Below, piece after piece: positions 41,401 through 54,000 of a stretch of DNA of 64,000 nucleotides. The stretch spans positions 32,580 to 96,579 of the forward strand of contig JBHGNT010000085.1 in NCBI GenBank assembly GCA_043228905.1. Reading direction: 5' to 3'. This stretch comes from Azolla caroliniana. Its lineage: Eukaryota > Plantae > Polypodiophyta. The translations under genes were made by a program, and so were the position numbers. The first letter of the stretch is position 1. Each line of letters opens with the position of its first letter. A model generated the notes under the pieces. The model was given only the letters and a program-made list of their open reading frames with translations. It had not been told where the DNA came from and ran no database searches.

Positions 41401-44339
41401 AGAGACATGACGAAATTACCAAATTTGAGGAGTGAGTTGAGAAGAGCCCTTGAGTAAATGAAAATGTTCATACCTGGCTCGTGTAATATCGGATTTTTGT
41501 GTTCAAACATGCGAATCGAAGCTAACAACGCTAGCTATGATATGGAATTAAAAATCAAGATTTTGAAACTCAGGTCGAGAGACATGACGAAATTACCAAA
41601 TTTGAGGAGTGAGTTGAGAAGAGCCCTTGAGTAAATGAAAATGTTCATACCTGGCTCGTGTAATATCGGATTTTTGTGTTCAAACATGCGAATCGAAGCT
41701 AACAACGCTAGCTATGATATGGAATTAAAAAATCAAGATTTTGAAACTCAGGTCGAGAGACATGACGAAATTACCAAATTTGAGGAGTGACTTGAGAGGA
41801 GCCCTTGAGTAAATGAAAATGTTCATACCTGGCTCGTGTAATATCGGATTTTTGTGTTCAAACATGCGTATCGAAGCTAACAACGCTAGCTATGATATGG
41901 AATTAAAAAATCAATATTTTGAAACTCCGGTCGAGAGACATGACGAAATTTCCAAATTTGAGGAGTGAGTTGAGACGAGCTAGGAGGTAAATTAAAATGT
42001 TCATACCTGGCTCGTGTGATATCGGATTTTTGTGTTCAAACATGCGAATCGAAACTAACAACGCTAGCTATGATATGGAATTAAAAAATCAAGATTTTGA
42101 AATTCGGGTCGAGAGATATGAAGAAATTAGGAAATTTGAGGAGCTAGTGGAGAAGAGCGGGTTAGTAAATTAAAATGTTCATACCTGGCTCGTGTGATAT
42201 CGGATTTTTGTGTTGGAAAATGCGAATCGAAGCTAACAACGTTAGCTATTATATGGAATGAAAAAATCAAGATTTTGAAACTCAGGTCGAGAGACATGAC
42301 GAAATTACCAAATTTGAGGAGTGAGTTGAGAGGAGCCCTTGAGTAAATTAAAATGTTCATACCTGGCTCGTGTGATATCGGATTTTTGTGTTCAAACATG
42401 GCAATCGAAGCTAACAACGCTAGCTATGATATGGAATTAAAAAATCAAGATTTTGAAACTCAGATCAAGAGACATGAGGAAATTACCAAATTTGAGGAGT
42501 GAGTTGAGAAGAGCTAGGAGGTAAATCAAAATGTTCATACCTGGCTCGTGTGATATCGAATTTTTGTGTTCAAACATGCGAATCGAAGATAACAACGCTA
42601 GCTATAATATGGAATTAAAAAATCAAGATTTTGAAACTCAGGTCGAGAGACATGACGAAATTACCAAATTTGAGGAGTGAGTTGAGAGGAGCCCTTGAGT
42701 AAATGAAAATGTTCATACCTGGCTCGTGTAATATCGGATTTTTGTGTTCAAACATGCGAATCGAAGCTAACAACGCTAGCTATGATATGGAATTAAAAAT
42801 CAAGATTTTGAAACTCAGGTCGAGAGACATGACGAAATTACCAAATTTGAGGAGTGAGTTGAGAAGAGCCCTTGAGTAAATGAAAATGTTCATACCTGGC
42901 TCGTGTAATATCGGATTTTTGTGTTCAAACATGCGAATCGAAGCTAACAACGCTAGCTATGATATGGAATTAAAAATCAAGATTTTGAAACTCAGGTCGA
43001 GAGACATGACGAAATTACCAAATTTGAGGAGTGAGTTGAGAAGAGCCCTTGAGTAAATGAAAATGTTCATACCTGGCTCGTGTAATATCGGATTTTTGTG
43101 TTCAAACATGCGAATCGAAGCTAACAACGCTAGCTATGATATGGAATTAAAAAATCAAGATTCTGAAACTCAGGTCGAGAAGACATGAAGAAATTACCAA
43201 ATATGAGGAGTGAGTTGAGAAGAGCTAGGAGGTAAATTAAAATGTTCATACCTGGCCCGTATCATATCGGATTTTTGTGTTCAAACATGCGAATCAAAGC
43301 TAACAACGCTTGCTATAATCTGGAATTAAAAAATCAAGATTTTGAAACTCAGGTCGAGGGACATGACGAAATTTCCAAATTTGAGGAGTGAGTTGAGAGG
43401 AGCCCTTGAGTAAATGAAAATGTTCATACCTAGCTCGTGTAATATCGGATTTTTGTGTTCAAACATGCGAATCGAAGCTAACAACGCTAGTTATGATATG
43501 GAATCAAAAAATCAAGATTTTGAAACTCAGGTCGAGAGACATGACGAAATTACCAAATTTGAGCAGTTAGTTGAGAAGAGCTAGGAGGTAAATTAAAATG
43601 TTCATACTTGGCCCGTATCATATCGGATTTTTCTGTTCAAACAAGCAAATCAAAGCTACCAACGCTAGGTATAATATGAAATTAAAAACTCAAGATTTTG
43701 AAACTCAGGTCGAGAGACATGATGAAATTACCAAATTTGAGGAGTGACTTGAGAGGAGCCCTTGAGTAAATTAAAATGTTCATACCTGTCTCGTATCATA
43801 TCGGATTTTTGTGTTTAAACATGGGAATCGAAGCTAACAACGCTAGGTATAATATGAAATTAAAAAATCAAGATTTTGAAACTCAGGTCGAGAGACATGA
43901 TGAAATTACCAAATTTGAGGAGTGACTTGAGAGGAGCCCTTGAGTAAATTAAAATGTTCATACCTGTCTCGTATCATATCGGATTTTTGTGTTCAAACAT
44001 GTGAATCGAAGCTAACAACGCTAGCCATGATATGGAATTAAAAAATCAAGATTTTGAAACTCAGGTCGAGAGACATGACGAAATTACCAAATTTGAGGAG
44101 TGACTTGAGAGGAGCCCTTGAGTAAATGAAAATGTTCATACCTGGCTCGTGTAATATCGGATTTTTGTGTTCAAACATGCGTATCGAAGCTAACAACGCT
44201 AGCTATGATATGGAATTAAAAAATCAAGATTTTGAAACTCCGGTCGAGAGACATGACGAAATTTCCAAATTTGAGGAGTGAGTTGAGAGGAGCCCTTGAG
44301 TAAATTAAAATGTTCATACCTGGCTCGTATCATATCGGA

Positions 44340-46930
44340 TTTTTGTGTTCAAACATGCGAATCAAAGCTAACAACCCTAGCTATGATATGGAATTAAAAA
44401 ATCAAGATTTTGAAACTCAGATCGAGAGACATGAAGAAATTACCAAATTTGAGGAGTGAGTTGAGAAGAGGTAGGAGGTAAATTAAAATGTTCATACCTG
44501 GCTCGTGTGATATCGAATTCTTGTGTTCAAACAGGCGAATCGAAGCTAACAACGCTAGCTATGATATGGAATTAAAAAATCAAGATTTTGAAACTCCGGT
44601 CGAGAGACATGACGAAAGTTCCAAATTTGAGGAGTGAGTTGAGAGGAGCCCTTGAGTAAATTAAAATGTCCATACCTGGCTCGTATCATATCGGATTTTT
44701 GTCTTCAAACATGCGAATCAAAGCTAACAACGCTAGCTATGATATGGAATTAAAAAATCAAGATTTTGAAACTCAGGTCGAGAGACATGACGAAATTACC
44801 AAATTTGAGGAGTGAGTGTAATATCGGATTTTTGTGTTCAAACATGCGAATCGAAGCTAACAACGCTAGCTATGATATGGAATTAAAAATCAAGATTTTG
44901 AAACTCAGGTCGAGAGACATGACGAAATTACCAAATTTGAGGAGTGAGTTGAGAAGAGCCCTTGAGTAAATGAAAATGTTCATACCTGGCTCGTGTAATA
45001 TCGGATTTTTGTGTTCAAACATGAGAATCGAAGCTAACAACGCTAGCTATGATATGGAATTAAAAAATCAAGATTTTGAAACTCAGGTCGAGAGACATGA
45101 CGAAATTACCAAATTTGAGGAGTGACTTGAGAGGAGCCCTTGAGTAAATGAAAATGTTCATACCTGGCTCGTGTAATATCGGATTTTTGTGTTCAAACAT
45201 GCGTATCGAAGCTAACAACGCTAGCTATGATATGGAATTAAAAAATCAAGATTTTGAAACTCCGGTCGAGAGACATGACGAAATTTCGAAATTTGAGGAG
45301 TGAGTTGAGAGGAGCCCTTGAGTAAATTAAAATGTTCATACCTGGCTCGTATCATATCGGATTTTTGTGTTCAAACATGCGAATCAAAGCTAACAACCCT
45401 AGCTATGATATGGAATTAAAAAATCAAGATTTTGAAACTGAGGTCGAGAGACATGACGAAATTACCAAATTTGAGGAGTGAGTTGAGAAGAGCTAGGAGG
45501 TAAATTAAAATGTTCATACCTGGCTCGTGTGAAATCGAATTTTTGTGTTCAAACATGCGTATCGAAGCTAACAACGCTAGCTATGATATGGAATTAAAAA
45601 ATCAAGATTTTGAAACTCAGGTCGAGAGACATGACGAAATTTCCAAATTTGAGGAGTGAGTTGAGAGGAGCCCTTGAGTAAATTAAAATGTTCATACCTG
45701 GGTCGTGTGATATCGGATTTTTGTGTTCAAACATGCGAATCAAAGCTAACAACCCTAGCTATGATATGGAATTAAAAAATCAAGATTTTGAAACTCAGAT
45801 CGAGAGACATGACGAAATTACCAAATTTGAGGAGTGAGTTGAGAAGAGGTAGGAGGTAAATTAAAATGTTCATACCTGGCTCGTGTGATATCGAATTCTT
45901 GTGTTCAAACAGGCGAATCGAAGCTAACAACGCTAGCTATGATATGGAATTAAAAAATCAAGATTTTGAAACTCCGGTCGAGAGACATGACGAAAGTTCC
46001 AAATTTGAGGAGTGAGTTGAGAGGAGCCCTTGAGTAAATTAAAATGTCCATACCTGGCTCGTATCATATCGGATTTTTGTCTTCAAACATGCGAATCAAA
46101 GCTAACAACGCTAGCTATGATATGGAATTAAAAAATCAAGATTTTGAAACTCAGGTCGAGAGACATGACGAAATTACCAAATTTGAGGAGTGAGTGTAAT
46201 ATCGGATTTTTGTGTTCAAACATGCGAATCGAAGCTAACAACGCTAGCTATGATATGGAATTAAAAATCAAGATTTTGAAACTCAGGTCGAGAGACATGA
46301 CGAAATTACCAAATTTGAGGAGTGAGTTGAGAAGAGCCCTTGAGTAAATGAAAATGTTCATACCTGGCTCGTGTAATATCGGATTTTTGTGTTCAAACAT
46401 GAGAATCGAAGCTAACAACGCTAGCTATGATATGGAATTAAAAAATCAAGATTTTGAAACTCAGGTCGAGAGACATGACGAAATTACCAAATTTGAGGAG
46501 TGACTTGAGAGGAGCCCTTGAGTAAATGAAAATGTTCATACCTGGCTCGTGTAATATCGGATTTTTGTGTTCAAACATGCATATCGAAGCTAACAACGCT
46601 AGCTATGATATGGAATTAAAAAATCAAGATTTTGAAACTCCGGTCGAGAGACATGACGAAATTTCCAAATTTGAGGAGTGAGTTGAGAGGAGCCCTTGAG
46701 TAAATTAAAATGTTCATACCTGGCTCGTATCATATCGGATTTTTGTGTTCAAACATGCGAATCAAAGCTAACAACCCTAGCTATGATATGGAATTAAAAA
46801 ATCAAGATTTTGAAACTGAGGTCGAGAGACATGACGAAATTACCAAATTTGAGGAGTGAGTTGAGAAGAGCTAGGAGGTAAATTAAAATGTTCATACCTG
46901 GCTCGTGTGAAATCGAATTTTTGTGTTCAA
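44340..46930. repeat. 8-mer tandem duplication (1378 bp) containing a 45-bp-deleted monomer
   Basis: Junction GAGTGAGT|GTAATATC at 44817/44818 and 46195/46196. ACAGGCG, ATGTCCAT, GTCTTCAA, ATGAGAATC and GTGAAATCG all recur at +1378. Confidence 0.9.
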
Positions 46931-47139
46931 ACTATCGAATCGAAGCTAACAAAACTACCTATGATATGGAATTAAAAAATCAAGATTTTGAAACTCAGGT
47001 CGAGAGACATGACGAAATTACCAAATTTGAGGAGTGACTTGAGAGGAGCCCTTGAGTAAATGAAAAATTTCATACCTGGGTCGTGTGATATCGAATTCTT
47101 GTGTTCAAACATGCGAATCAAAGCTAACAACGCTAGGAA

Positions 47140-47860
47140 TGATATGGAATTAAAAAATCAAGATTTTGAAACTCCGGTCGAGAAAGATGAAGAAATTTCC
47201 AAATTTGAGGAGTGAGTTGAGAGGAGCCCTTGAGTAAATTAAAATGTTCAAACCTGGCTCGTATCATACCTGGCTCGTGTAATATCGGATTTTTGTGTTC
47301 AAACATGCGAATCGAAGGTAACAACGCTAGCTATGATATGGAATTAAAAAATCAAGATTTTGAGACTCAGGTCGATAGACATGACGAAATTAGCGAACAT
47401 GAGGAGGGATTGAGAGGAGCCAGGAGGTAAATTAAAATGTTCATACCTGGCTCGTGTGATATCGAATTTTTGTGTTCAAACATGCGAATCGAAGATAACA
47501 ACGCTAGCTATGATATGGAATTAAAAAATCAAGATTTTGAAACTCCGGTCGAGAGACATGACGAAATTTCCAAATTTCAGGAGTGAGTTGAGAGGAGCCC
47601 TTGAGTAACTTAAAATGTTCAAACCTGGCTCGTATCATACCTGGCTCGTGTAATATCGGATTTTTGTGTTCAAACATGGGAATCGAAGGTAACAACGCTA
47701 GCTATGATATGGAATTAAAAAATCAAGATTTTGAGACTCAGGTCGATAGACATGACGAAATTAGCGAACATGAGGAGGGATTGAGAGGAGCCAGGAGGTA
47801 AATTAAAATGTTCATACCTGGCTCGTGTGATATCGAATTCTTGTGTTCAAACATGCGAAT
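47140..47860. repeat. Dimer tandem duplication (371 bp) with a 16-bp insertion monomer and marker J
   Basis: Insert AACCTGGCTCGTATCA at 47251-47266 and 47622-47637; 371 = 2x178+16-1. Confidence 0.88.
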
Positions 47861-48619
47861 CGAAGGTAACAATGCTAGCTATGGTATGGAATTAAAAAAT
47901 CAAGATTTTGAAACTCCGGTCGAGAGACATGACGAAATTTCCAAATTTGAGGAGTGAGTTGAGAGGAGCCCTTGAGTAATTTAAAATGTTCATACCTGGC
48001 TCGTATCATATCTGATTTTTGTGTTCAAACATGGGAATCGAAGCTAACAACGCTAGCTATGATATGGAATTAAAAAATCAAGATTTTGAAAGTCAGATCA
48101 AAAGACATGACGAAATTACCAAATTTGAGGAGTGAGTTGAGAAGAGCTAGGAGGTAAATGAAAATGTTCATACCTGGCTCGTGTAATATCGGATTTTTGT
48201 GTTCAAACATGCGAATCGAAGCTAACAACGCTAGCTATGATATGGAATTAAATAATCAAGATTTTGAAACTCCGGTCGAGAGACATGACGGAATTACCAA
48301 ATTTGAGGAGTGACTTGAGAGGAGCCCTTGAGTAAATTAAAATGTTCATACCTGGCTCGTGTGATATCGGATGTTTGTGTTCAAACATGGCAATCGAAGC
48401 TAACAACGCTAGCTATGATATGGAATTAAAAAATCAAGATTTTGAAACTCAGATCAAGAGACATGACGAAATTACCAAATTTGAGGAGTGAGTTGAGAAG
48501 AGCTAGGAGGTAAATCAAAATGTTCATACCTGGCTCGTGTGATATCGAATTTTTGTGTTCAAACATGCGAATCGAAGATAACAACGCTAGCTATAATATG
48601 GAATTAAAAAATCAAGATT

Positions 48620-51000
48620 TTGAAACTCAGGTCGAGAGACATGACGAAATTACCAAATTTGAGGAGTGAGTTGAGAGGAGCCCTTGAGTAAATGAAAATG
48701 TTCATACCTGGCTCGTGTAATATCGGATTTTTGTGTTCAAACATGTGAATCGAAGTTAACAACGCTAGCTATGATATGGAATTAAAAAATCAAGATTTTG
48801 AAACTCAGGTCGAGAGACATGACGAAATTACCAAATTTGAGGAGTGAGTTGAGAAGAGCCCTTGAGTAAATGAAAATGTTCATACCTGGCTCGTGTAATA
48901 TCGGATTTTTGTGTTCAAACATGCGAATCGAAGCTAACAACGCTAGCTATGATATGGAATTAAAAAATCAAGATTTTGAAACTCAGGTCGAGAGACATGA
49001 CGAAATTACCAAATTTGAGGAGTGAGTTGAGAAGAGCCCTTGAGTAAATGAAAATGTTCATACCTGGCTCGTGTAATATCGGATTTTTGTGTTCAAACAT
49101 GCGAATCGAAGCTAACAACGCTAGCTATGATATGGAATTAAAAAATCAAGATTTTGAAACTGAGGTCGAGAGACATGACGAAATTACCAAATTTGAGGAG
49201 TGAGTTGAGAAGAGCTAGGAGGTAAATTAAAATGTTTATACCTGGCTCGTGTAATATCGGATTTTTGTGTTCAAACATGCGAATCGAAGCTAACAACGCT
49301 AGCTATGATATGGAATTAAAAAATCAAGATTTTGAAACTCAGGTCGAGAGACATGACGAAATTACCAAATTTGAGGAGTGAGTTGAGAAGAGCCCTTGAG
49401 TAAATGAAAATGTTCATACCTGGCTCGTGTAATATCGGATTTTTGTGTTCAAACATGCGAATCGAAGCTAACAACGCTAGCTATGATATGGAATTAAAAA
49501 ATCAAGATTTTGAAACTCAGGTCGAGAGACATGACGAAATTACCAAATTTGAGGAGTGAGTTGAGAAGAGCTAGGAGGTAAATTAAAATGTTTATACCTG
49601 GCTCGTGTAATATCGGATTTTTGTGTTCAAACATGCGAATCGAAGATAACAACGCTAGCTATGATATGGAATTAAAAAATCAAGATTTTGAAACTCAGGT
49701 CGAGAGACATGACGAAATTACCAAATTTGAGGAGTGAGTTGAGAGGAGCCCTTGAGTAAATGAAAATGTTCATACCTGGCTCGTGTAATATCGGATTTTT
49801 GTGTTCAAACATGTGAATCGAAGTTAACAACGCTAGCTATGATATGGAATTAAAAAATCAAGATTTTGAAACTCAGGTCGAGAGACATGACGAAATTACC
49901 AAATTTGAGGAGTGAGTTGAGAAGAGCCCTTGAGTAAATGAAAATGTTCATACCTGGCTCGTGTAATATCGGATTTTTGTGTTCAAACATGCGAATCGAA
50001 GCTAACAACGCTAGCTATGATATGGAATTAAAAAATCAAGATTTTGAAACTCAGGTCGAGAGACATGACGAAATTACCAAATTTGAGGAGTGAGTTGAGA
50101 AGAGCCCTTGAGTAAATGAAAATGTTCATACCTGGCTCGTGTAATATCGGATTTTTGTGTTCAAACATGCGAATCGAAGCTAACAACGCTAGCTATGATA
50201 TGGAATTAAAAAATCAAGATTTTGAAACTGAGGTCGAGAGACATGACGAAATTACCAAATTTGAGGAGTGAGTTGAGAAGAGCTAGGAGGTAAATTAAAA
50301 TGTTTATACCTGGCTCGTGTAATATCGGATTTTTGTGTTCAAACATGCGAATCGAAGATAACAACGCTAGCTATGATATGGAATTAAAAAATCAAGATTT
50401 TGAAACTCAGGTCGAGAGACATGACGAAATTACCAAATTTGAGGAGTGAGTTGAGAAGAGCCCTTGAGTAAATGAAAATGTTCATACCTGGCTCGTGTAA
50501 TATCGGATTTTTGTGTTCAAACATGCGAATCGAAGCTAACAACGCTAGCTATGATATGGAATTAAAAAATCAAGATTTTGAAACTCAGGTTGAGAGACCT
50601 GACGAAATTACCAAATTTGAGGAGTGAGTTGAGAAGAGCCCTTGAGTAAATGAAAATGTTCATACCTGGCTCGTGTAATATCGGATTTTTGTGTTCAAAC
50701 ATGCGAATCGAAGCTAACAACGCTAGCTATGATATGGAATTAAAAAATCAAGATTTTGAAACTGAGGTCGAGAGACATGACGAAATTACCAAATTTGAGG
50801 AGTGAGTTGAGAAGAGCTAGGAGGTAAATTAAAATGTTTATACCTGGCTCGTGTAATATCGGATTTTTGTGTTCAAACATGCGAATCGAAGATAACAACG
50901 CTAGCTATGATATGGAATTAAAAAATCAAGATTTTGAAACTCAGGTCGAGAGACATGACGAAATTGCCAAATTTGAGGAGTGAGTTGAGAAGAGCCCTTG
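48620..51000. repeat. Near-consensus patch with 6-mer (1068 bp) duplication and nested 2-3-mer repeats
   Basis: CATGTGAATCGAAGTTAAC at ~48742 and ~49810; AATGTTTATA at ~49231, 49587, 50299, 50833. Confidence 0.75.
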
Positions 51001-54000
51001 AGTAAATGAAAATGTTCATACCTGGCTCGTGTAATATCGGATTTTTGTGTTCAAACATGCGAATCGAAGCTAACAACGCTAGCTATGATATGGAATTAAA
51101 AAATCAAGATTTTGAAACTCAGGTCGAGAGACATGACGAAATTACCAAATTTGAGGAGTGACTTGAGAGGAGCCCTTGAGTAAATTAAAATGTTCATACC
51201 TGGCTCGTGTAATATCGGATTTTTGTGTTCAAACATGCGAATCGAAGCTAACAACGCTAGCTATGATATGGAATTAAAAAATCAAGATTTTGAAACTGAG
51301 GTCGAGAGACATGACGAAATTACCAAATTTGAGGAGTGAGTTGAGAATAGCTAGGAGGTAAATTAAAATGTTCATACCTGGCTCGTGTAATATCGGATTT
51401 TTGTGTTCAAACATGCGAATCGAAGATAACAACGCTAGCTATGATTTGGAATTAAAAAATCAAGATTTTGAAACTCAGGTCGAGAGACATGACGAAATTT
51501 CCAAATTTGAGGAGTGAGTTGAGAAGAGCCCTTGAGTAAATGAAAATGTTCATACCTGGCTCGTGTAATATCGGATTTTTGTGTTCAAACATGCGAATCG
51601 AAGCTGACAACGCTAGCTATGATATGGAATTAAAAAATCAAGATTTTGAAACTCAGGTGGAGAGACATGACGAAATTACCAAATTTAAGGAGTGACTTGA
51701 GAGGAGCCCTTGAGTAAATGAAAATGTTCACACCTGGCTCGTGTAATATCGGATTTTTGTGTTCAAACATGCGAATCGAAGCTAACAACGCTAGCTATGA
51801 TATGGAATTAAAAAATCAAGATTTTGAAACTCCGGTCGAGAGACATGACGAAATTACCAAATTTGAGTAGTGTGTTGAGAAGAGCCCTTGAGTAAATGAA
51901 AATGTTCATAGTTGGCTCGTGTAATATCGGATTTTTGTGTTCAAACATGCGAATCGAAGGTAACAACGCTAGCTATGATATGGAATTAAAAAAATCAAGA
52001 TTTTGAGACTCAGGTCGATAGACATGACGAAATTAGCAAACATGAGGAGGGAGTTGAGAGGAGCCCTTGAGTAAATTAAAATGTTCATACCGGGCTCGTG
52101 TGATATCGGATTTTTGTGTTCAAACATGCGAATCGAAGCTAACAACGCTAGTTATGATATGGAGTTAAAAAATCAAGATTTTGAAACTCAGATCGAGAGA
52201 CATGACGAAATTACCAAAAATTGAGGAGTCAGTTGAGAGGAGCCCTTGAGTAAATGAAAATGTTCATACCTGGCTCGTGTAATATCGGATTTTTGTGTTC
52301 AAACATGCGAATCGAAGCTAACAACGCTAGCTATGATATGGAATTAAAAATACAAGATTTTGAAACTGAGGTCGAGAGACATGAAGAAATTACCAAATTT
52401 GAGGAGTGCGTTGAGAAGAGCTAGGAGGTAAATGAAAATTTTCGTACCTGGCTCGTGTGATATCTAATTTTTGTGTTCAAACATGCGAATCGAAGCTAAC
52501 AACACTACCTATAATATGGAATTAAAAAATCAAGATTTTGAAACTCAGGTCGAGAGACATGACGAAATTACCAAATTTGAGGAGTGAGTTGAGAAGAACT
52601 AGGAGGTAAATTAAAATGTTCATACCTGGCTCGTGTGATATCGAATTTTTGTGTTCAAACATGCGAATTGAAGCTAACAACGCTAGCTATGATATGGAAT
52701 TAAAAAATCAAGATTTTGAAACTCAGGTCGAGAGACATGACGAAATTACCAAATTTGAGGAGTGACTTGAGAGGAGCCCTTGAGTAAATGAAAATGTTCA
52801 TACCTGGCTCGTGTAATATCGGATTTTTGTGTTCAAACATGCGAATCGAAGCTAACAACGCTATCTATGATATGGAATTAAAAAATCAAGATTTTAGAAC
52901 TCCGGTCGAGAGACATGACGAAATTTCCAAATTTGAGGAGTGAGTTGAGAGGAGCCCTTGAGTAAATTAAAATGTTCATACCTGGCTCGTATCATATCGG
53001 ATTTTTGTGTTCAAACATGCGAATCGAAGCTAACAACGCTAGCTATGATATGGAATTAAAAAATCAAGATTTAGAAACTCCGGTCGAGAGACATGACGAA
53101 ATTACCAAATTTGAGTAGTGAGTTGAGAAGAGCCCTTGAGTAAATGAAAATGTTCATACCTGGCTCGTGTAATATCGGATTTTTGTGTTCAAACATGCGA
53201 ATCGAAGCTAACAACGCTAGCTATGATATGGAATTAAAAAATCAAGATTTTGAAACTGAGGTCGAGAGACATGACGAAATTACCAAATTTGAGGAGTGAG
53301 TTGAGAAGAGCTAGGAGGTAAATTAAAATGTTCATACCTGGCTCGTGTGATATCGGATTTTTGTGTTCAAACATGCGAATCGAAGATAACAACGCTAGCT
53401 ATAATATGGAATTAAAAAATCAAGATTTTGAAACTCAGGTCGAGAGACATGACGAAATTACCAAATTTGAGGAGTGAGTTGAGAGGAGCCCTTGAGTAAA
53501 TGAAAATGTTCATACCTGCCTCGTGTAATATCGGATTTTTGTGTTCAAACATGCGAATCGAAGATAACAACGCTAGCTATGATATGGAATTAAAAAATCA
53601 AGATTTTGAAACTCAGGTGGAGAGACATGACGAAATTACCAAATTTGAGGAGTGAGTTGAGAAGAGCCCTTGAGTAAATGAAAATGTTCATAACTGGCTC
53701 GTGTAATATCGGATTTTTGTGTTCAAACATGCGAATCGAAGCTAACAACGCTAGCTATGATATGGAATTAAACAATCAAGATTTTGAAACTCAGGTCGAG
53801 AGACATGACGAAATTAGCAAACATGAGGATGGAGTTGAGAAGAGCCCTTGAGTAAATGAAAATGTTCATACCTGGCTCGTGTAATATCGGATTTTTGTGT
53901 TCAAACATGCGAATCGAAGGTAACAACGCTAGCTATGATATGGAATTAAAAAATCAAGATTTTGAGACTCAGGTCGATAGACATGACGAAATTAGCAAAC

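Larger units (their letters stand above)
1..43140. repeat. Homogeneous HOR-organised layer carrying divergent marker monomer M
   Basis: 20 full copies of marker M (ATTAGGAAATTTGAGGAGCTAGTGGAGAAGAGCGGGTTAG) lie between 515 and 42127. All spacings are near-integer multiples of 178, there are few private SNPs, and the only indels are 1 bp. Confidence 0.85.

Noticed and set aside
515-42417. Twenty 96-aa minus-strand ORFs as a multicopy gene family
   Set aside because: They exist only because marker M removes stop codons. They span ~1.6 monomers, start at TTG, repeat the satellite in shifted frames and show no recognisable domain.
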